From Octopus sinensis (lineage: Eukaryota), in assembly GCF_006345805.1 (NCBI RefSeq), contig NC_043015.1:46252001-46316000 (forward strand): a stretch of 64,000 nt of DNA. Direction: 5' to 3'. The notes below the pieces were generated by a model that saw nothing but the letters and a program-made list of their open reading frames with translations, was not told the DNA's origin and did no database searches. The translations under genes and the position numbers were made by a program. Positions 11,907-24,750 of this stretch are shown in pieces. The stretch's first letter is position 1, and each line of letters starts with the position of its first letter.

Positions 11907-12295
11907 GGAGGCGCAATGGCCCAGTGGTTAGGACAGCGGACTCGCGGTCGTAGGATCGCGGTTTCGATTCCCAGACCAGGCGTTGTGAGTGTTTATTGAG
12001 CGAAAACACCTAAAAGCTCCACGAGGCTCCGGCAGGGGGTGGTGGTGATCCCTGCTGTACTCTTTCGCCACAACTTTTTCTCACTCTTACTTCCTGTTTC
12101 TGTTGTACCTGTATTTCAAAGGGTCGGCCTTGTCACTCTCTGTGTCACGCTGAATATCCCCGAGAACTACGTTAAGGGTACACGTGTCTGTGGAGTGCTC
12201 AGCCACTTACACGTTAATTTCACGAGCAGGCTGTTCCGTTGATTCGGATCAACCGGAACCCTCATCGTCGTAACCGACGGAGTGCTTCCATCCAA
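11907..12295 (+). mobile_element. tRNA-derived SINE family C, full length
   Basis: tRNA-like head GGAGGCGCAATGGCCCAGTGGTTAGG...GGTTTCGATTCCC followed by a unique body. Confidence 0.75.
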
Positions 12296-12531
12296 TTTAC
12301 TTTTAGTCTGAAGAGGAGAGGTAGTGTTCATGCATGGCAACTGTACATTCCTCCAAGAGAATTCCTATTGATGAGGTTGTTGATGTTCAGTGTAAGGAGG
12401 GATTTCCTTCGGAGTATAGGTGCGCAATGCAGGTATAGTTAAGGGTTCAAAATATTTGCTTTGAGATTGCAAGATCCTGGATTTGATCCCACTGTGTGGC
12501 ATTGGGGGGGCAAATATTTTTTACTCTAGAT

Positions 12532-12750
12532 CAGTGGTTTTCAACCAGGGTTCTGAGGAACCTTAGGGTTCCGCCAGTACAGTCCAGGGGTTCCGCAAGA
12601 AGTTACAAAACTGCTAAAATCGGCAGTAATTTTTAATTCTCCTGTACAGATATGTGTGCATAAGACTATTAAATTATTGCACAGGGATTCCTCGAGCCAG
12701 TGGAATGTTTCCTTGGGGTTCCGCTCCAGCAAAAAGTTTGAAAAGCACTG
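12532..12750. mobile_element. hAT-type MITE
   Basis: TIRs CAGTGGTTTTCAA / TTGAAAAGCACTG; 8-bp TSD CTCTAGAT / CTTTAGAT. Confidence 0.85.
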
Positions 12751-13399
12751 CTTTAGATACATGTTGATCCAAAGCCTTGGGTGTGAAATTGGTGAGGCAG
12801 GAATTTATGTGGAGACTTGTCAAGTGGATTGTGCCCATAATTCAAGGGTCCTGCCTTGTCACATATTCTTATACTGATTCTGCTTGGAATTATGGGCCAT
12901 GTCTGTGGAGTACTCAGCCGCTGACATTACAATTCTATAATTCAATGAGTTATAGGCTCAGTTAATTGAATGGTGTCATTGTCCAAACCAATGTAAGCTA
13001 TAGATATTATCCAACCATATTACACACACAAACACAACAGGCTTCTTTCAGTTTCTGTCTACCAAATCCACTCACAAGGCTTTGGTTAGTCTCAGGCTAT
13101 AGTTGAGGACACTTACCCAAGGTGTCACGCAGTCGGATTGAACTTGGGACCATGTAGCTGGAAGCAAACTTCTTACCATGCAACCAGACTTGTGCATATA
13201 TATACAATTAAATTTTCTAAATTTAATTTTTCTGTTTTATTATTATTCTTTTTAGGTCATCAAACATATTCCGTTTGAAACTGCTGAAGATGAAGAACAA
13301 GATATATTATCTACCTTGAAGGAAGACACACAAAAATATAAAAATATATACACACATTTTCTTTTTGTTCCTCTATAGTGAATCTTGTATGCATGAAGT

Positions 13400-15000
13400 G
13401 GATTTGATCCACCATAGCCAAATTTGAATCAACACTGCTACAGTGTTTTCTATACTTGATCCTTTCTAACCTCTTCTACTTCACGAAAAGCTAGAATGGA
13501 GACAACAAGACCACTAACTAAATCTATTGTTCTCAATGATATATCTATCCTTCTGGATCTTAATATAAGCAAGCACATTCCAAGCAAAAATCAGTCAGTC
13601 ACATCGTTACTCAACCAAGCAGCTTCCCGTAATAACAAGCTGCTAAACAAAGATTCTTCACCCAAGAGTTCCAACACTATTCTTACCAATTCCAACCAAA
13701 CATACAATAATAATAATAGAAATAGTATTGATAGTAGCAACATTCGTAACAGCATTAGTATTAGCAATGATAATATTAATAATAGCATTAGTCAGGTTAA
13801 TAACAGTGGTAGTGTTGATGATAACAACAACAACATTTCTGTTGTCAGGGATATTGCCGGTTATAGTACATTTAATAATAATAACAATAATAGAAATAGT
13901 GTAGTGGTTAATGCTAGCAGTAATATTAACAGCAATCATAACAATAAAAACTCCATCTTAATCTCGGAGGAAAACCCTAACAGATTAAAGTTCTTGTCCA
14001 GTAATTCCAAAATTAAAAATTCCATTTACCAGTGTAAAATTTCTTCTGGTACTGATGTCTTCTTCTATATTGGTGCGACAACTTCTTGATTATCCCAGAG
14101 AATTTCCAATCATTATTCAACTTTCCGAGATAAGAGAAAACAACAAAGTACAGGACTAAGTAAATTGGTTTGGCGTCCTAAGGACAGCAATATAACTTTC
14201 AAGCTGGATTGGTCCATATTGTCTGTATCCTTTCCTTTTGATAAGGGCAGGAAATATTGTGGCATTTGTAATTCCGAACTCTTCTATATCCTTTTCGCCA
14301 AGTTCCCCTTGGTAAACACAATAATAGAAAAATCCTATAAGTGCAAGCATTGGCAGAAGCACACTTTCCACTAATATGAATGATGATTAATATAGATAAC
14401 CTCTTTGATTTTAATAATTAGTTTCACGTCTACACCACTGCCATAGACAGATGCTTTCTGTCTACTCCGTTCCATGAAGCATTACTACTAAATATCGTTG
14501 GCGTATGTTTATCTCTTTCTCTCTACCCCCCCTCTCTCTCTCTCTATCATACGCACAATCAAACACACAGACACAAATTTGTCACCTCACTACTAAATAT
14601 ATTTGACAATTGTCCCCCCCCCACACACACAATTACGCACACACACACACAGAGACACAAATGCGGTTATATACATACACACACATAAACACTCAAACTC
14701 ATTAACAAAAGCATACACCCGTGCATCCCCATACATTCAGCATACATATTGTCCCCTTCCTATTTTTAGAACTTTCTCCTTCCAACCAATGTTGACATCA
14801 TTGCTTATAACGTATTATTTAAAATAAAAAACACTCATTATCACTGTGGACACCATGTGGGCAGTCATCAAAAAGTCTTTGTTCGTCTTGAGGCTGATAT
14901 AGGTTCCTTGTCTTTCCTGATGAGAAGATGGCATAATGCACCCTTTATTCCTTCGGAATTAAGAATATGCAGTCTTCGAAACATGTGTCCAGAATAAAGG
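13400..15000 (+). mobile_element. Penelope-like element 3' part: Asn-rich linker, GIY-YIG endonuclease (in-frame stop) and 3' region with a hammerhead motif
   Basis: NSIYQCKI...FYIGATTS*LSQRISNHYSTF...TGLSKLVW...WSIL...KYCGICNSE across 13496-14374. Confidence 0.85.
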
Positions 15001-15002
15001 AA
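14905..15002 (+). ncRNA. Type I hammerhead ribozyme motif (family 5) at the PLE 3' end
   Basis: CTGATGA at 14917-14923; stem II GAAGATGGCAT / ATGCAGTCTTC; GAAA at 14978-14981; stem III AC-ATGT-GT; GUC site ending 14989; stem I degenerate. Confidence 0.7.
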
Positions 15003-15192
15003 TTTTGTTAAAATCTTCGTTCGACTCCATTCTTTCATTTATTCATATAAAGAAAACACACAAATTTCCACAGAAGAACACGGGGTTTCTGTCCTTGGCA
15101 TGTAGCTTTAACCGTGTTTTCTGACGTGAATTTGCTACCCAGGTATCGGTTAACCGATTATCCATACTAGGATAATTCATTCACCTACTTAA

Positions 15193-15245
<53 letters not shown>

Positions 15246-15289
15246 CCTCCGATTTATATATATATATTATATATATATATATATATAAT

Positions 15290-15475
15290 CCTCCGATTTT
15301 TTTCCCTCCGTCTTCCTTCTCTGGATCTTTCCTTTTCCTATGTTTCTGACGAAGAGCTCTGCTCGAAACGTAAAACCCTCCTTCTTCCCTTCCTTCCTGA
15401 GCGTCCAATAATACTATATTTGTTCCACGTCCTCGTGTTGTTGTATTTTCTCTTTGTGTTTTAATGTTTGGATTA

Positions 15476-15480
<5 letters not shown>
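15290..15480 (+). ncRNA. Short element with a canonical-core minimal hammerhead (family 2)
   Basis: GTTT-CTGACGA-A-GAGC-TCT-GCTC-GAAA-CGT-A-AAAC at 15342-15376. Copies at 42590-42800 (decayed) and 60485-60690. Confidence 0.75.
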
Positions 15481-15514
<34 letters not shown>

Positions 15515-15904
15515 TAGCTTAAGGTGACCCGCTCTACGCATGGGTGAGGGTGTGGTTGTTACTTTCTGTTGCTTCCTTTCTGTTTCTTATCACCACATTC
15601 TCCCTCTTTGTTTCTTTCTCCCACTCTATTACTTTCCCACTCTATTACTCTTCCTTTCTCTTGGTCTCTTCCTCTCTATCTTTCTCTATCTATCTCTCTC
15701 CCATTTATAAAAGAAACAAAGGATCTTGAGTAAGTTGAGAAAGAACTTCTTTCACGAAGTTGAGGAGTGACCCTACCTGCGTTCTCATTCATAAGGTATT
15801 TTTTGATGTAATTATTATTATTATTAAGGTCACAGTCTGGAATCGAACTTGAAATCTTGGGGTTAGTGTTCTTAACTACTATGCTATATGCCCATGGCAA
15901 ATCA

Positions 15905-16240
15905 TAAAGTGAATTTTAGTGCTTGTAAATCTAATATTTTCCTATCCTTCCTTAATACCGGTTCCCATATGCTATTCATATCTGCACTCGGTCTGCTTAG
16001 GAGGTTGTAGTGTCCTAGAATATGTACTGCTTCTTTTAGTTTTCATATTTTCCAGTTGTGTTCTCTGTCTATTATTTTAACTTCATCCCACAAGGGGAGG
16101 TGGTCTCCATTTTTTCCATACACGATCAGCTATACCCGATTTATCAATATCTCCTCGTGTCACAGCTTTGCGATGTTCCTCTACCCTTATTTTGATGGGG
16201 TGGCATGTTTCGCCTTTGTATAACCTACCACATTCAAAAG
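15905..16240 (-). mobile_element. Penelope-like GIY-YIG fragment of another family
   Basis: ECGRLYKGETCHPIKIRVEEHRKAVTRGDIDKSGIADRVW. Confidence 0.75.
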
Positions 16241-18695
16241 GGGGTTTATATTTTGTGATAAAATATGATTCTTTGCTAATGTGCTGACTACAGGTTGCAT
16301 TATCCCTGAATTTATAGAGGGGAAAAATTATGAAGCTGGGTTGTTTGTTAGTGACACAAATGATGATGTGTTCACTGAATGCTATTTTTCTGTATTCCCA
16401 AATTTTGATCTGAGTTCTATGTAGGGCCATCCTTTGATGTAGATTGTTTTTGGTTTGCCCTATGTATTGCTCTCAACACCCAGAGGAAACTAAAATATAT
16501 ATTAGGTTCTCCAAAGCACATGTAAAGCTGTTTTTCACTGTAAAACGCTGACCCTGTTTGAAAGAGAACTCTGATCCCTCAATTAGGTTGATGGATATAC
16601 CACAGTTAGGTCTTCCACATTTCTTTTATTGATGGCTTCAGTTTTGTTGTCAAGTGTACTTGGGCTTGTGTTAGGAGACTTTTGCTCTTTATGATGGTGT
16701 GTGTTTGGATGATTAAATTCATTCTGTGGTCCATTATTAGTAGGGGAATGTTCTGGAGGATGGTGTCAAAGGCTTCATTGTTAAGGGGGTTGTGTGTGGA
16801 GATGTATGGTAGGGCTTTTGGCTGTAAATCTTTCTTTAGTTTGGGATGTCTGAGTTCGTGGATATTGAGTTGTTGGGCGTGTTGAAAACCTATATCAATT
16901 AGTGATGGTGGATAGTTCCTGGTAATGAGTGTATCCTTTAATTCATGTAGTTGTATGTCCCTGGTGCTTGTATTAGAAACTATAGCACAAATCCTTTTTG
17001 CTAGGTTGAAAGGGATATTCATTCTAGTGTGTCTGGGTTGGCATGAGTTGAATGGTAGATATTGCTTGGAGGCTGTGGGCTTATAGTATATATCTGTTTC
17101 TATTTTGTTGTTGGATTTCTTCATGAAGATGTCGAGGAATGGAAGTTGTTGATGGTTATATTCCATCGTAAATTGAATGTTTATGTCAAGTCCATTCATA
17201 AGTGCTTGAAATTCTGTAAGTCTCTCTATACTTTCATGCCAACGAATGAAACAGTCATCCAGACCCCTCTTCCAGTTATTTTCTATGTAAAGGGAGAATG
17301 GGTTGCTGTATTTTTCTAGTACCTTACGATAAAGACTGATTTCTAGACATCCCATGACTAGATTAGCAAAGGAGGGGACCATTTTCGTACCCATTGTAGT
17401 TCCCAATTTTTGATGATAGAAGCTGTCTTTGAAGACAAATATGACAGTCTACTCAAGTTTCATTTAGCATCTGAACACAGCTGACTCTATCATCCTTTGA
17501 TATTGAGGACAGGACTGAAATCAAAAACCAAACTCAAGTATTCTATAATCATTAAATTTTAACTAACACTCCTTTTGGTTTGCCTTAAATAAAACTATCT
17601 TTCAAAATGTTTTTGTATTTTCTATGACTTATTGCCCCTATTTTTTTTTTATTAGTACATCCTAGCCAGAATTGAATTGCCTCTATTCCTAGGATGGGGG
17701 TGGGATATCAGAATAAAGGTTGACTACATCAAAGGATACTAGTAGGGTGTTTTTGTTTATTGTTTTAGAGAGGTGATTGAGCACATCTGGGTTGTTCCTT
17801 ATGTAGCTTTTGATATGTTTGAGGAATGGTTTTAAGAGGTTACTCTTACTCTTTACTCTTTTACTTGTTTCAGTCATTTGACTGCGGCCATGCTGGAGCA
17901 CCGCCTTTAATCGAGCAACTCGACCCCGGGACTTAGTCTTTTGTAAGCCCAGTACTTATTCTATCAGTCTCTTTTGCTGAACCGCTAGTAAACGGGGACA
18001 TAAACACACCAGCATCGGTTGTCAAGCAATGCTAGGGGGACAAACACACACATACATATATATACATATATACGATGGGATTCTTTCAGTTTCCGTCTAC
18101 CAAATCCACTCACAAGGCTTTGGTCGGCCCGAGGCTATAGTAGAAGACACTTGCCCAAGGTGCCACGCAGTGGGACTGAACCCGGAACCATGTGGTTGGT
18201 AAACAAGCTACTTACCACACAGCCACTCCTGCGCATAAGTCACTGAGGTGGTGGGTTTTGCATGCAGGACCTGCTATTATGGGTCTTAATTTGAGGTCAT
18301 TAGGAGTAAGGAGCTTGATTATTATGTCTGTGGCAATCCTGCATGGGTTACTTATTTTCTTACTTTTGTGTATCTTAGGAATACCATAGAATTGTGACTG
18401 GATTTACTTTTGAAGTTAGTCATATAATCATATTTCTTGTCGGTGGGCCCTTCTCTTTATAGGTTTAACATAGTTTTTAGGTTTCTCATTATTTTCTGAT
18501 GACTGTAGTGTTGAACCTTTTCATAATATATTGTATCTTCTAATATGGATAGTACTAGAGTTATATACTATACCGTGTCCATTACGACAACTGCACTCCC
18601 TTTATCAGCCTCTTTGATTGTTATTGTTTCATCATCTTTTAATTTGTTGAGCTCAGCTCATTCTTTTTTGCTGAAGTCTGGCTTATGTTTTTGTT

Positions 18696-18720
<25 letters not shown>
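16240..18720 (-). mobile_element. Penelope-like element RT plus GIY-YIG, disrupted by stops and insertions
   Basis: LVSFDVVNLYSDIP; GTTMGTKMVPSFANLVMG; RGLDDCF; LPFLDI; YYKPT; NLIYIL...YIGQTKNNLHQRMALH. Confidence 0.9.
17845..18232 (-). mobile_element. SINE family A
   Basis: Full-length match to the family A copies; inserted in the PLE. Confidence 0.9.
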
Positions 18721-18742
<22 letters not shown>

Positions 18743-19117
18743 AGCTGAAGTTGTCTGTGTGGCAAGTTTGGTAGCTTTCAACTAGCACTATCTCCTCCAA
18801 GACCCTGTAGCGCAAGTTGACCAAAATTGAGAGTATGATAGAAGAAGGCTTGCTCTTCATTCCGTAGAAGATAAAATTCAAATCGGACCATGTTAACACC
18901 AAAAATTATTTACATCAAAAAGGTGCTTTCTTTCGATGAAAATCCCTATTTTTTACGATTTTTTGCCTGCTGTGTCGCCATTTTTCGGTGTATTTCAACC
19001 AGAAAAACGTTCACTTAAAGAGAATAACAAGCTACGTAATGCAAAATTTTTACATTTCAAAAATTCCAATTCTAAAGGGTTGAAACAAACCTGAGTGACG
19101 CTGGGCGATACTGCTAG

Positions 19118-19149
<32 letters not shown>

Positions 19150-19529
19150 GACAGTCTACTCAAGTTTCACTTAGCATCTGACCACAGCTGATTCTATCAT
19201 CCTTTGATATTGAGGACAGGACTGAAATCAAAGACCAAACTCAAGTATTCTATGGTCATTAAATTTTAACTAACACTTCTTTTGGTTTGCCTTAAATAAA
19301 ACTCTCTTTCAAAATGTTTTCGTTTTCAATGACTTATTTTCCTCTACTTTTTTTATTAGTAGATTCTTTGAAGTTGCAGGTCAAAGGCTAAGACTGATGT
19401 CCTCTTCTTGACACCAGGATTTGGGATCACTCTTAGATTTTCTTTGCAGTCCCACTGCATGGTATCCTGGGTAAATATCTTCTGCAATAGCCCCGAGCTG
19501 ACTAATGCCTTGTGATTGAAAATGCCAAG

Positions 19530-20010
19530 CTCATAAGGGCCGGTTTCCTGGTTTCAGTGGCAAAGAAATTCCCCACCTGGACGGGACGGCAGTCTGTCAC
19601 AGGTTTACTGTTTTGCCAACTGAGTGGACTGGAGCAACGTAAAATGAAGTGTTTTGCTCAAGAACACAACGTGTTGCCCGGTCCAGGAATCGAAACCACA
19701 CCCTTACGATCATGAGTACAACACCCTAACCACTAAGCCACGTGCCTCCACAAAAATAAATGCGCCCTTTTAAAGCCTAGCCAGGCTCATGGGCCCGGTT
19801 TCCTGGTTTCAATGGTGTATGTGTTCCCCAGCTGGACAAGACGTCAGTCCATCGCAGCTTTACTCATTTTTGCCAGCTGAGTGGACTGAAGCAACGTGAA
19901 ATGAAGTGTTTTGCTCAAGAACACAACGCGTCGCCCGGTCCAGGAATTGAAACCACAATCTTATGATCATGATGCTGACACCCTAACCACTAAGCCATGT
20001 GCCTCCACAG
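19530..20010 (-). mobile_element. Two adjacent tRNA-derived, CORE-like SINEs (family D); further copies at 29735-29990(+) and 50580-50850(-)
   Basis: tRNA head GGAGGCACGTGGCTTAGTGGTTAGGG...GGTTTCGATTCCTGG plus TTGAGCAAAACACTTCATTT...GCTCCAGTCCACTCAG. Confidence 0.7.
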
Positions 20011-20039
20011 CCTTCATATGTCCTCAGTTGTCACATGAC

Positions 20040-20265
20040 ATATCTCACTGCCATGCAACTTCGCTGTTCATACACAGGCATCATACAGTCTGCCTTTTAT
20101 TCTGAGGGAGAAGCCCTTTGTTACTTTCAGAGATAGTAGCTCTCTGAACTTTGTCCAGCCTGTTCTTATTGTTACACTTATGCTTTTAGAACAACCTCTA
20201 CCACTACTAACTCGGACAAGAAAGAGGTGTGAAAAAGTTACTATGCAATTAGAGACATGTAGGAG
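20040..20265 (-). mobile_element. RTE LINE RT fragment
   Basis: GWTKFRELLSLKVTKGFSLRIKGRLYDACV; same family as 44403-45760. Confidence 0.8.
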
Positions 20266-20672
20266 TAGGAGTGGCTGTGTGGTAAGTAGCTTACTTACCA
20301 ACCACATAGTTCCGGGTTCAGTCCCACTGCGTGGCACCTTGGGCAAGTGTCTTCTACTATAGCCTCGGGCCGACCAAAGCCTTGTGAGTGGATTTGGTAG
20401 ACGGAAACTGAAAGAAGCCCATCGTATATATATGTATATATATGTATATGTGTGTGTGTGTGCGTGTATGTTTGTGTTTGTCCCCCTAGCATCGCTTGAC
20501 AACCGATGCTGGTGTGTTTATGTCCCCGTCACTTAGCGGTTCGGCAAAAGAGACTGATAGAATAAGTACTGGGCTTACAAAGAATAAGTCCCGGCGTCGA
20601 GTTGCTCGACTAAAGGCGGTGCTCCAGCATGGCCGCAGTCAAATGACTGAAACAAGTAAAAGAGTAAAGAGT
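20266..20672 (+). mobile_element. SINE family A
   Basis: Full-length copy. Confidence 0.9.
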
Positions 20673-21000
20673 ATGTAAACTGGAAAAGCCCCAGGTCCAT
20701 CTGGAATCACTGCTGAGATGCTCAAAATATCTGGTAAGGTAGGACATGAGCTTGTCACCCATTTTACAATGCTCTGAACTCTGAATTATACATGTATTGT
20801 GTTCTAACACCAGGTTATTCATATTGCTATGCCTAAGTGATAAGAATTTCATTCATCGGGCATGGGTTCATCTGATGTTAGGCTGACCAAATTTTGTTTA
20901 ATACACAACTGAAACAGGAAAGGAGCTTAATTTTCTCTCAAACACACATGTACACACACATATAAACACACTTTTTATGCACAAGGAAAAAAAAAATTAT

Positions 21001-21163
21001 AGGCGCAGGAGTGGCTGTGTGGTAAGTAGCTTGCTAACCAACCACATGGTTCCGGGTTCAGTCCCACTGCGTGGCATCTTGGGCAAGTGTCTTCTGCTAT
21101 AGCCCCGGGCCGACCAATGCCTTGTGAGTGGATTTGGTAGACGGAAACTGAAAGAAGCCTGTC

Positions 21164-21197
<34 letters not shown>

Positions 21198-21405
21198 TTG
21201 TGTGTCTGTGTTTGTCCGCCTAGCATTGCTTGACAACCGATGCTGGTGTGTTTACATCCGTCACTTAGCGGTTCGGCAAAAGCGACCGATAGAATAAGTA
21301 CTGGGCTAACAAAGAATAAGTCCCGGGGTCGATTTGCTCGACTAAAGGCGGTGCTCCAGCATGGCCGCAGTCAAATGACTGAAACAAGTAAAAGAGTAAA
21401 GAGAG
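21001..21405 (+). mobile_element. SINE family A
   Basis: Full-length copy. Confidence 0.9.
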
Positions 21406-21610
21406 AGTGCACTTTGTTAAATAATTTATTGAAGAACAGAATTAACAAAAATGAAAATGGTTAAAACCACAAAAGTAAAATATAGTATAAAGCTAATCAA
21501 TGGCAAGCTGCAGTTTATATTTTAATGAAAACAGAATAAATAAATTGTCTTTCCAAACTGTACTTTCTAATATTTAAAAGATTTGCAGAAATACTTGCTG
21601 TATTTGTACA

Positions 21611-21776
21611 TAGGCGTAGGAGTGGCTGTGTGGTAAGTAGCTTGCTTACCAACCACACGGTTCCGGGTTCAGTCGTGGCACCTTGGGCGAGTGTCTTCTA
21701 CTATAGCCTCGGGCCGACCAAAGCCTTGTGAGTGGATTTGGTTGATGGAAACCGAAAGAAGCCCGTCGTATATACG

Positions 21777-21809
<33 letters not shown>

Positions 21810-22000
21810 CTGTGTTTGTCCCCCCAAAATCGCTTGACAACCGATGCTGGTGTGTTTACGTGCCCGTAACTTAGCGGTTCGGCAAAAGAGACTGATAGAA
21901 TAAGTAGTAGGTTTACAAAGAATAAGTTGTGGGGTCGATTTGCTCGACTAAAGGCGGTGCTCCAGTATGGCCAGTCACATGACTGAAACAAGTAAAAGAG
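21611..22000 (+). mobile_element. SINE family A
   Basis: Near full-length copy with a small deletion after the B box. Confidence 0.9.
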
Positions 22001-22890
22001 GGTATTAGATGGCTTTATAAGATGCAATATTAGCTTAAAAATACGTCTCTAGACATCACCTCAGGTCCTTTACGTAATGTTGCTTTAAATATGGCTAAAG
22101 ATGTTGAAAGTATAACACTTAAACACTCGTCCAGACAGTCAGAATTGTATTATGTCTTTCCAAGACATCTTTATATATAAAAGTGAGGTTGTGTGCTGTC
22201 TGTCTCCTACGATTTAGATTCCTAACTACTCCCACATTTTGCGGTGCAGTTTAACCAAAACCGGGTATCTTATAGTCGTGATTCATATCGAGCCCTTCTG
22301 GGTATTAGCGCGCGTCTACGATGAGTCTACGATTTAAAAAAAAAATTACCATCAATTTTTCCCATTTTTAATGTATTTTTGGTATATATAAGGGAAGTAA
22401 CACTCTAAAAATTTATTAAATCTCAGAACGTAAAAAGCTACAGTAACCTTTGTGGTTAGCCATATTTAGATGGCTATTATACTTTACATCTCTAAAAATG
22501 CTTATATAATTATTTCCCTTACAAATCCGAGCAACGCCGGGCGATACTGCAAGTTGATAATAATCAATAAAACAAACAAAACAAATAACCGAATTACGAA
22601 GTTGATGGAAATCCAGAATGCAGACTTATTTAAGAATTTTGATAATTTAATATTAGTAAGATCGTTACTGATAAAAATCAGAGGCGAACCTTTGGTATAT
22701 GTACCGGTGTAAGCACTTATTTCTTTATTACCCACAAGGGGCTAAACACAGAGGGGACAAACAAGGACAGGCATAGGCATTGTCGATTAGATCGACCCCA
22801 GTGCGTAACTGGTACTTAATTTATCGACACCGAAAGGATAAAAGGTGAAGTCGACCTCGGCGATTTCAAAAAAGTGTTTTTCTTTATATA

Positions 22891-23955
22891 TGGGGTGGGG
22901 GGTTTAGGGGGGTGGAAGAAAAGGGTTTCTGTTATTTTCAGAAATGTAAGCAAAGTCACGTGTGTACCTATACCGAAGGATCGCCAAAATTAGAATGCTA
23001 AAGTAGAATTTAGTCCAAATTGACGAAATTAATATTAGCATGCAGCAGAGTATGGTGTTAATTGCAGTCCGATGCAGGAAAACTGTAAAGAAGGAATTTA
23101 ATTTTTCACACCGCTTTCTTAAAAACGGTGTAAGCTCAAATATTTCTCTCCTTTAATTTTCTTCTTCTTCTGTAAACTCGTTTGACTAGTTATAATTAAT
23201 TACCAAACTGTTTTCGGGAGATCTTGCAGTCGATTGAACTGATCTCGGCATTATACTTATATTTATTATCGCGATGCTGCTACCAACTCCAACGAAATCT
23301 GAACTCGGAACGTAGAAGGGGCGGAACCTTCGGTTTCGGGTGGGTACTGTTGGAGATTCCTTAAAACGATCTACAGGACCATTTATCTGAATTCCTGTCT
23401 TCATCTAGTTCTCTGTGATCAAGTGGGGGCGGGGCCTTCCGCACTTCCTGGGACGCAATCCAGCGCAACGCTTTCAGGTTCTCCAAGAGAATTCTTCCCA
23501 TTAGCATCAGACTTCCAAGGAAAAGCATTCTACCAAGAATGCCAGCTGTTTCCACCGTATCTTCGCTGTTGTCGGGATCCCCTCGTCGGTTTTATCGAGG
23601 TATTTTCTCATCAGACGTTGTTGCCAGGAAACTTGTGATAAGGGAACACGCAAATATGTAAATTTTGTGGCCCCCTTAATATTTTGCATTGAATGGAGTA
23701 CTTGTGTAACTTTCCCGATCTTAAAGACCCCTTTCTTAGAGATGATGCTTGGTACCGTGGTAAGGAAAGACTTTAACGTATTCGATTGTGTTTTTCTTTA
23801 AGTTCTAGGTCATCCCCGATTCAGCAGACATGATAAAAAAAAAACTGGGCGATCCTTCGGTATAAGTACCGTAAATACCGGAAGTGGCTTTGTTTACATT
23901 TCTGAAGATAACAGAAATCCTCTTCTCCCACCCCTAACCCTAACCCTAACCCCCC
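22891..23955. mobile_element. Unclassified element with ~100-bp terminal inverted repeats whose outer ends are telomere-like repeats
   Basis: Left GGGGTGGGGGGTTTAGGGGGGTGGAAGAAAAGGGTTTCTGTTATTTTCAGAAATGTAAGCAAAGTCAC...TATACCGAAGGATCGCC is the reverse complement of right GGCGATCCTTCGGTATA...CTTTGTTTACATTTCTGAAGATAACAGAAATCC...CCCTAACCCTAACCCTAACCCCCC. TATATA context on both sides. Confidence 0.7.
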
Positions 23956-23959
23956 ATAT

Positions 23960-24240
23960 ATACTATAATAATAATAACGAAATTATTGTATACAGTGCTC
24001 AGGTGCACCACAACTTGTCAGAAAGTGCGTATAGAGTGTATGCAGTAATGTACAAATGTCTAGAAAGCGAACAATGTGTGAGTCAGATACATGCTTGCGT
24101 GTGTATGGAGGGGAGAAAATCAGGTGTAGTGTTGGCGAATCTCACTATCTCGTCCGGCAGCTTATTCCACGGATCCGCAACCCGGACGGAGAAAACCTCT
24201 CTCCTTCGATTGAGATGGAGAGGGGCTTTCTCCGTACTTG
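23960..24240 (-). mobile_element. CR1/L2-like LINE 3' fragments from two families, joined, with a small foldback at 24186-24232
   Basis: 23960-24158 matches 42938-43115; 24159-24215 matches the reverse complement of 25195-25260. Confidence 0.7.
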
Positions 24241-24389
24241 ACTCAATAGGTCTCCTCAAGCACAGCAGGTAACCTTACGATCCAAGGTAAGCATAGGAGT
24301 TTCAAATTAGGCACTCACACTCCAAATCTAACTTCTGTTTTGCTAGATTCAGAGTAATTTCTAGAATGCAAAAAATAGAGAAAGGATAA

Positions 24390-24750
24390 CCAACCACATG
24401 GTTCCGTGTTCAGTCCCACTGCGTGGCATCTTGGGCAAGTGTCTTCTGCTTTAGCCCCGGGTCGACCAAAACCTTGTGAGTGGATTTGGTAGATGGAAAC
24501 TGAAAGAAGCCTGTCGTGTATATGTATATATATGTGTTTGCGTGTGTGTGTTTGTCCCCCTAGCATTGCTTGACAACCGATGCTGGTGTGTTTACGTCCC
24601 CGTCACTTAGCAGTTCGGCAAAAGAGACCGATAGAATAAGTACTGGGCTTACAAAAGAATAAGTCCTGGGGGTCGAGTTGCTCGACTAAAGGCGGTGCTC
24701 CAGCATGGCCGCAGTCAAATGACTGAAACAAGTAAAAGAGTAAAAGAGTA
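24390..24750 (+). mobile_element. SINE family A, 5'-truncated
   Basis: Match to family A. Confidence 0.85.

Noticed and set aside
13256-13380. Acceptor-like TTTTTTAG followed by an open frame VIKHIPFETAEDEEQDILSTLKEDTQK
   Set aside because: No donor or recognisable homology; lies inside the fragmented PLE region.
13496-14089. 197-aa Asn-rich ORF as a host gene
   Set aside because: Continues through a stop into a PLE GIY-YIG domain, so it is transposon-derived.
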